Shown here: positions 60,479 to 64,000 of the stretch, in pieces
How positions within the stretch are numbered: the stretch's first letter is position 1
Layout of the letters: each line of letters begins with the position of its first letter
Origin: Lama glama
Lineage: Eukaryota
NCBI GenBank assembly: GCA_028534125.1
Contig: CM052817.1
Location: 61,010,001-61,074,000 of the forward strand
Direction: 5' to 3'
Length of the DNA stretch: 64,000 nt
The notes under the pieces: model-generated
Told to the model about the DNA's origin: nothing
Databases searched by the model: none
Seen by the model: only the letters and a program-made list of their open reading frames with translations
Translations under genes and position numbers: made by a program

Positions 60479-62479
60479 AAAACCCCAATGATATTTTTCA
60501 CTGAAATAGAACAAAAAAAAAATCCCAAAATTTGTGTGGAACTACAAAAGACTTCAAATAGCCAAAGCAATCCTGAGGAAAAAGAACAAAGTTGGAGTTA
60601 TCACACTCTCTGATTTCAAATTCTACTATAAAGCTATAGTAATCAAAACTGCATGCTATTATCAGAAAAACAGATATACAGATCAATGGAACATAATTGA
60701 AAGCCCAGAAATAAACCCACACAATATATACAGACAATTAATTCATGCAAATGAGCCAAGAACATACAATGGAGAAAAGACAGTCCCTTCAACAAATGGT
60801 GTTGAGAATACTGGACAGCCATGTGCTAAAGAATGGAACTGGACCACTTTCTTAGACCACACACAAAAATTAACGTAAAATGGATTAAAGACTTGAATGT
60901 AAGACCTGAAATCACAAAACTTTTAGAAGAAAACATAGGCAATACACTTTTTGACACTTAGAAATGTCTTTCTGGATATGTCTCCTCAGGCAAGGGAAAC
61001 AAAAGCAAAAATCAACAAATGGGACAAAATTAAACTAAAAAGCTTCTGCATGGCAAAGGAAACCATCAACAAAATGAAAAGACAACCTATCAGATGGTAG
61101 AAGATATTTGCGAATCGTATATTTGATAAGGAGTATGAGGTGTATACCCCAAATATATAAAGAGCTCATATAATCAATAACAACAAAAACAACCTTCTTA
61201 AAAAATGGGCAGAACATCTGAATTGGCATTTTTCCAAAGACATATGGATAACCAAGAAGCACATGAAAAAAAATGTTCAACATCACTAATTTTTTGGAAC
61301 TGCAAATCAAAACTAGAATGAGATATCACCCCATGCCCATTGGAATGACTATTATCAAAAAGCTGAGAAATAACAAGTGTTGGAGTGTATGTGGACAAAA
61401 GACAACCCTCATACACTGTTCACGGGAATGTAAATATGGAAAACAGTATGGGGAAAAAAAACTAAAAATAGAACTACTATATGATCCAGCTATTCCACTT
61501 CTGCATATTTATCTAAAAAATACAAAACTAATTAGAAAAGATACATGCAAGCTTGTGTCATCGCATCATTATTTATAGTAGCCAAGATATGAGAACAACC
61601 TAAGTGCCTATAGATGGATAAATAGATAAAGAAAACACACACACACATATATAAAATGGACTACTACTTAGCCATAAAAGGATAAAATCTTGCCATTTGT
61701 GACAAAATGGATGGGCCTTGAGGGCATTATGCTAACTGAATTAAGTCAGATGGAGAAAGACAAATACCATATGATTTTACTCATATGTGGAATATACAAA
61801 ATAATAACAATAGATGAACAAACAAAACAAAAACACACAGATATAGAGAGCAGATTAGTGGTTATCAGAGAGGAAGGGGTATGAAGGAGCGTGAAATGGG
61901 TAAAGGGGGTCAACTGTATGATGTCAGATGGAAACTAAACTATAGGTGGTGAGCACAGTGTAGTGTATACAGAAGTTAAAATACAATGTTGCACACACAA
62001 AACTTACATAATGTTATAAATCAATGTGACCTCAATTAAAAAAAATGAAAAAGAATAGGCATTTCAGAAGAATCTCCAGTTACACAGCAGACAGGCATAT
62101 TCTATGTGTCCACCAAAATTTACAGAATGATTCAAATTCTCCCTGGCATCAAGGAGAATAAAGTCTTATAGGCAAGTTTATCCACTTGAACTCCTGGATT
62201 TTGTGTGAGAAAATAAATTAAATGCTCCATGAACATTATATGGATTATATGTTATACATATGAGCATTATTACTAAAAAGCAATGTGGCACTTCTGGCAG
62301 AATAACACATTCGAGATATAAATGTTTTTTGGCCCCTGACTTTTATTCCCCTTTTCCTTTCCCTCATCCAGGTTGATGGTCTGCTCTTAATTCACTGTGC
62401 TCTCAATACTCTTCAGTTCCTGAAGAGAGCCACAATGGAAAGAGAGCCATGATGGAAAACAGTTATTTATCAATCTTAC

Positions 62480-63100
62480 TGCTATAGTTTCCTAAAGCCA
62501 AACCCCTTGAGACAATGCAAGATGCCTCCAAAACAAAAGTCATGATGGAATTAGAAGCCTTTTTCCCAGGACTTAAGAAAAAAAGATTCCAGTATGGGAG
62601 GATGAAACATCAAGAGAACAGTATGAGGGAGATGTTGTGGGTGGTGGAAAAAAGCGCCCTGCACTCTGTCCCTGCAGAGTCAGAAAAGAAATGCTGCACG
62701 GAGCATTTAAGAAGACAGGCCACAGATACATTCATAGATTTCCACACTCTCATGCACCTTCAAAGCACCAGAAAGATCTGCACGTGGCAAAGGATAGTGG
62801 AAAGTGATGGAGAGTGTCACCCAATTTGACAGAGGCCATGAGATGAGGAACAAGGGACATCTGAGTGGTTAGCAACCTGTATAGGAGAATGAGAAGTTAC
62901 CATCAACTCCACAAGTGATTTCTTGGTCAGATACACCCCATCTCAACATCTTGGACCATGTGATCCCATCCTCCCATCCAACTTAAACACATCCCCCGCA
63001 AGATGACAGAGAATCACAGATTGACCAAGATTAATTGCCCACAGCCCTAAAAATTAGTTTGTACAAATGAATTTGTGAACTGAGAATCATGTTCAATGAC
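62480..63100 (+). mobile_element. Possible ancient LTR (MamGypLTR-like)
   Basis: More GC-rich block with TCAACATCTTGGACCATGTGATCCC...AACTTAAACACATCCC. Weak resemblance only. Confidence 0.3.
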
Positions 63101-64000
63101 AACCCAGACAGAAAAGTCCTAAGCCTTCATACTTAGTAAGGAAACCTAAATAGTATTTACCATCTCATGGGGGAAAAAAGGTTTTAGGAATTCCAGGAAA
63201 CGTGTCTAGGAGTCAAAAAATCGATGTATTGCATTATCTGCAATAGATAAAGTTTTTCCTCTGCTTGTCAAAATTCGTTTCCATTTATGTCAACATTTGA
63301 GTCTTAGAAAATGACAGAGACCTATCAAAACTTCAGAGTAGTGATTTTAAAAATAGTGTCTTTGTGATGTTGTTATTTTACTATTCTTCTTCATTTTCTT
63401 ATCTTTCTTCCCAGGATAATACCAGAATGTAATTAGCACTGAACTTTAATACCTAAATTGGGTATTAAAATCAGATCAAGTTTTTCTTATTAAGGGCAGT
63501 GATCCATATTCTTTATTAAGGTATATAGTTAAGTCCTATATAAAGAATACAATCCATTTAATCCTTCCATTTTTAAAGGCTGTGATTTTATTCATCACAA
63601 AATGCCGCTGGCATTTAATTTTTCCTTCAAGGGTGCAAAAAGTTTTCCACTCTAATTTTTCAGCTAAATATTATCGTCTCCTTGCTGATTGGAGGACTAA
63701 AAATATAGCTACTGCTAGGGCTCTCTGACATTCACGTAGACATCTTGGGAACACTGATGGAACTGATAACAGGCCATTTTATAGGGCCTTAAAAGCTACT
63801 CAAGAAATGAACAAGGTCCATTAGAGTTTCTGTCATGTATATGATAGGGAAAAATATACCACCATAAGATCCACTCAATTGTCCTGCTGTGACAGCAGTA
63901 GCTATTGTGTGTGAGAGGTTTGGGGAAGGTGGCTCCACCTTGGTGTTTATGCTCTGCTGGCTAGTGGGAGTCTCAGGTACGGCATCCTAACAGAAGGCGC

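Larger units (their letters stand above)
56671..62053 (+). mobile_element. L1 with both termini (5' UTR, ORF1, ORF2, 3' UTR), an internal ORF2 deletion and two nested insertions; inactive
   Basis: GC-rich 5' UTR at 56671-57530, ORF1 remnant, endonuclease region from about 58925, RT/C-terminal region to about 61800, then 3' UTR and A tail. Imperfect TSD AATAG(G)CATTTCA at 56659-56670 and 62054-62066. Confidence 0.93.

Noticed and set aside
62340..63430. Strong + strand acceptor-like tracts near 62371 and 63414
   Set aside because: No matching donors and no recognisable open frames. Such tracts are common by chance.
1..64000. CRISPR array, operon or prokaryotic defence system
   Set aside because: The DNA is mammalian and repeat-rich, with no regularly spaced repeat-spacer array and no intact long ORFs.

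Overview
This is AT-rich, CpG-depleted mammalian nuclear DNA. It is most likely from a camelid, inferred from two tRNA-Ala-derived Vic-1-type SINEs. I can support no protein-coding exon, functional RNA gene or CRISPR array. The supplied ORFs are chance ORFs or decayed LINE-1 reading frames. A large part of the window is layered transposon fossils: L1s of several ages (including a 5.4 kb element with both ends and an imperfect TSD but an internal ORF2 deletion and two nested insertions), HAL1, L2, MIR, ERVL/MaLR pieces and hAT MITEs. Between them are repeat-poor blocks that keep more CpGs than their surroundings and look like candidate conserved non-coding elements. The most notable signals are a perfect ChoRE-spaced E-box pair in an old LTR, a FOX:ETS composite site, a possible recursive splice site and a possibly locally templated inverted insertion. 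I found no convincing undescribed multi-gene system. Repeat subfamily names are from remembered consensus sequences, boundaries are approximate, and both need Dfam/RepeatMasker confirmation.
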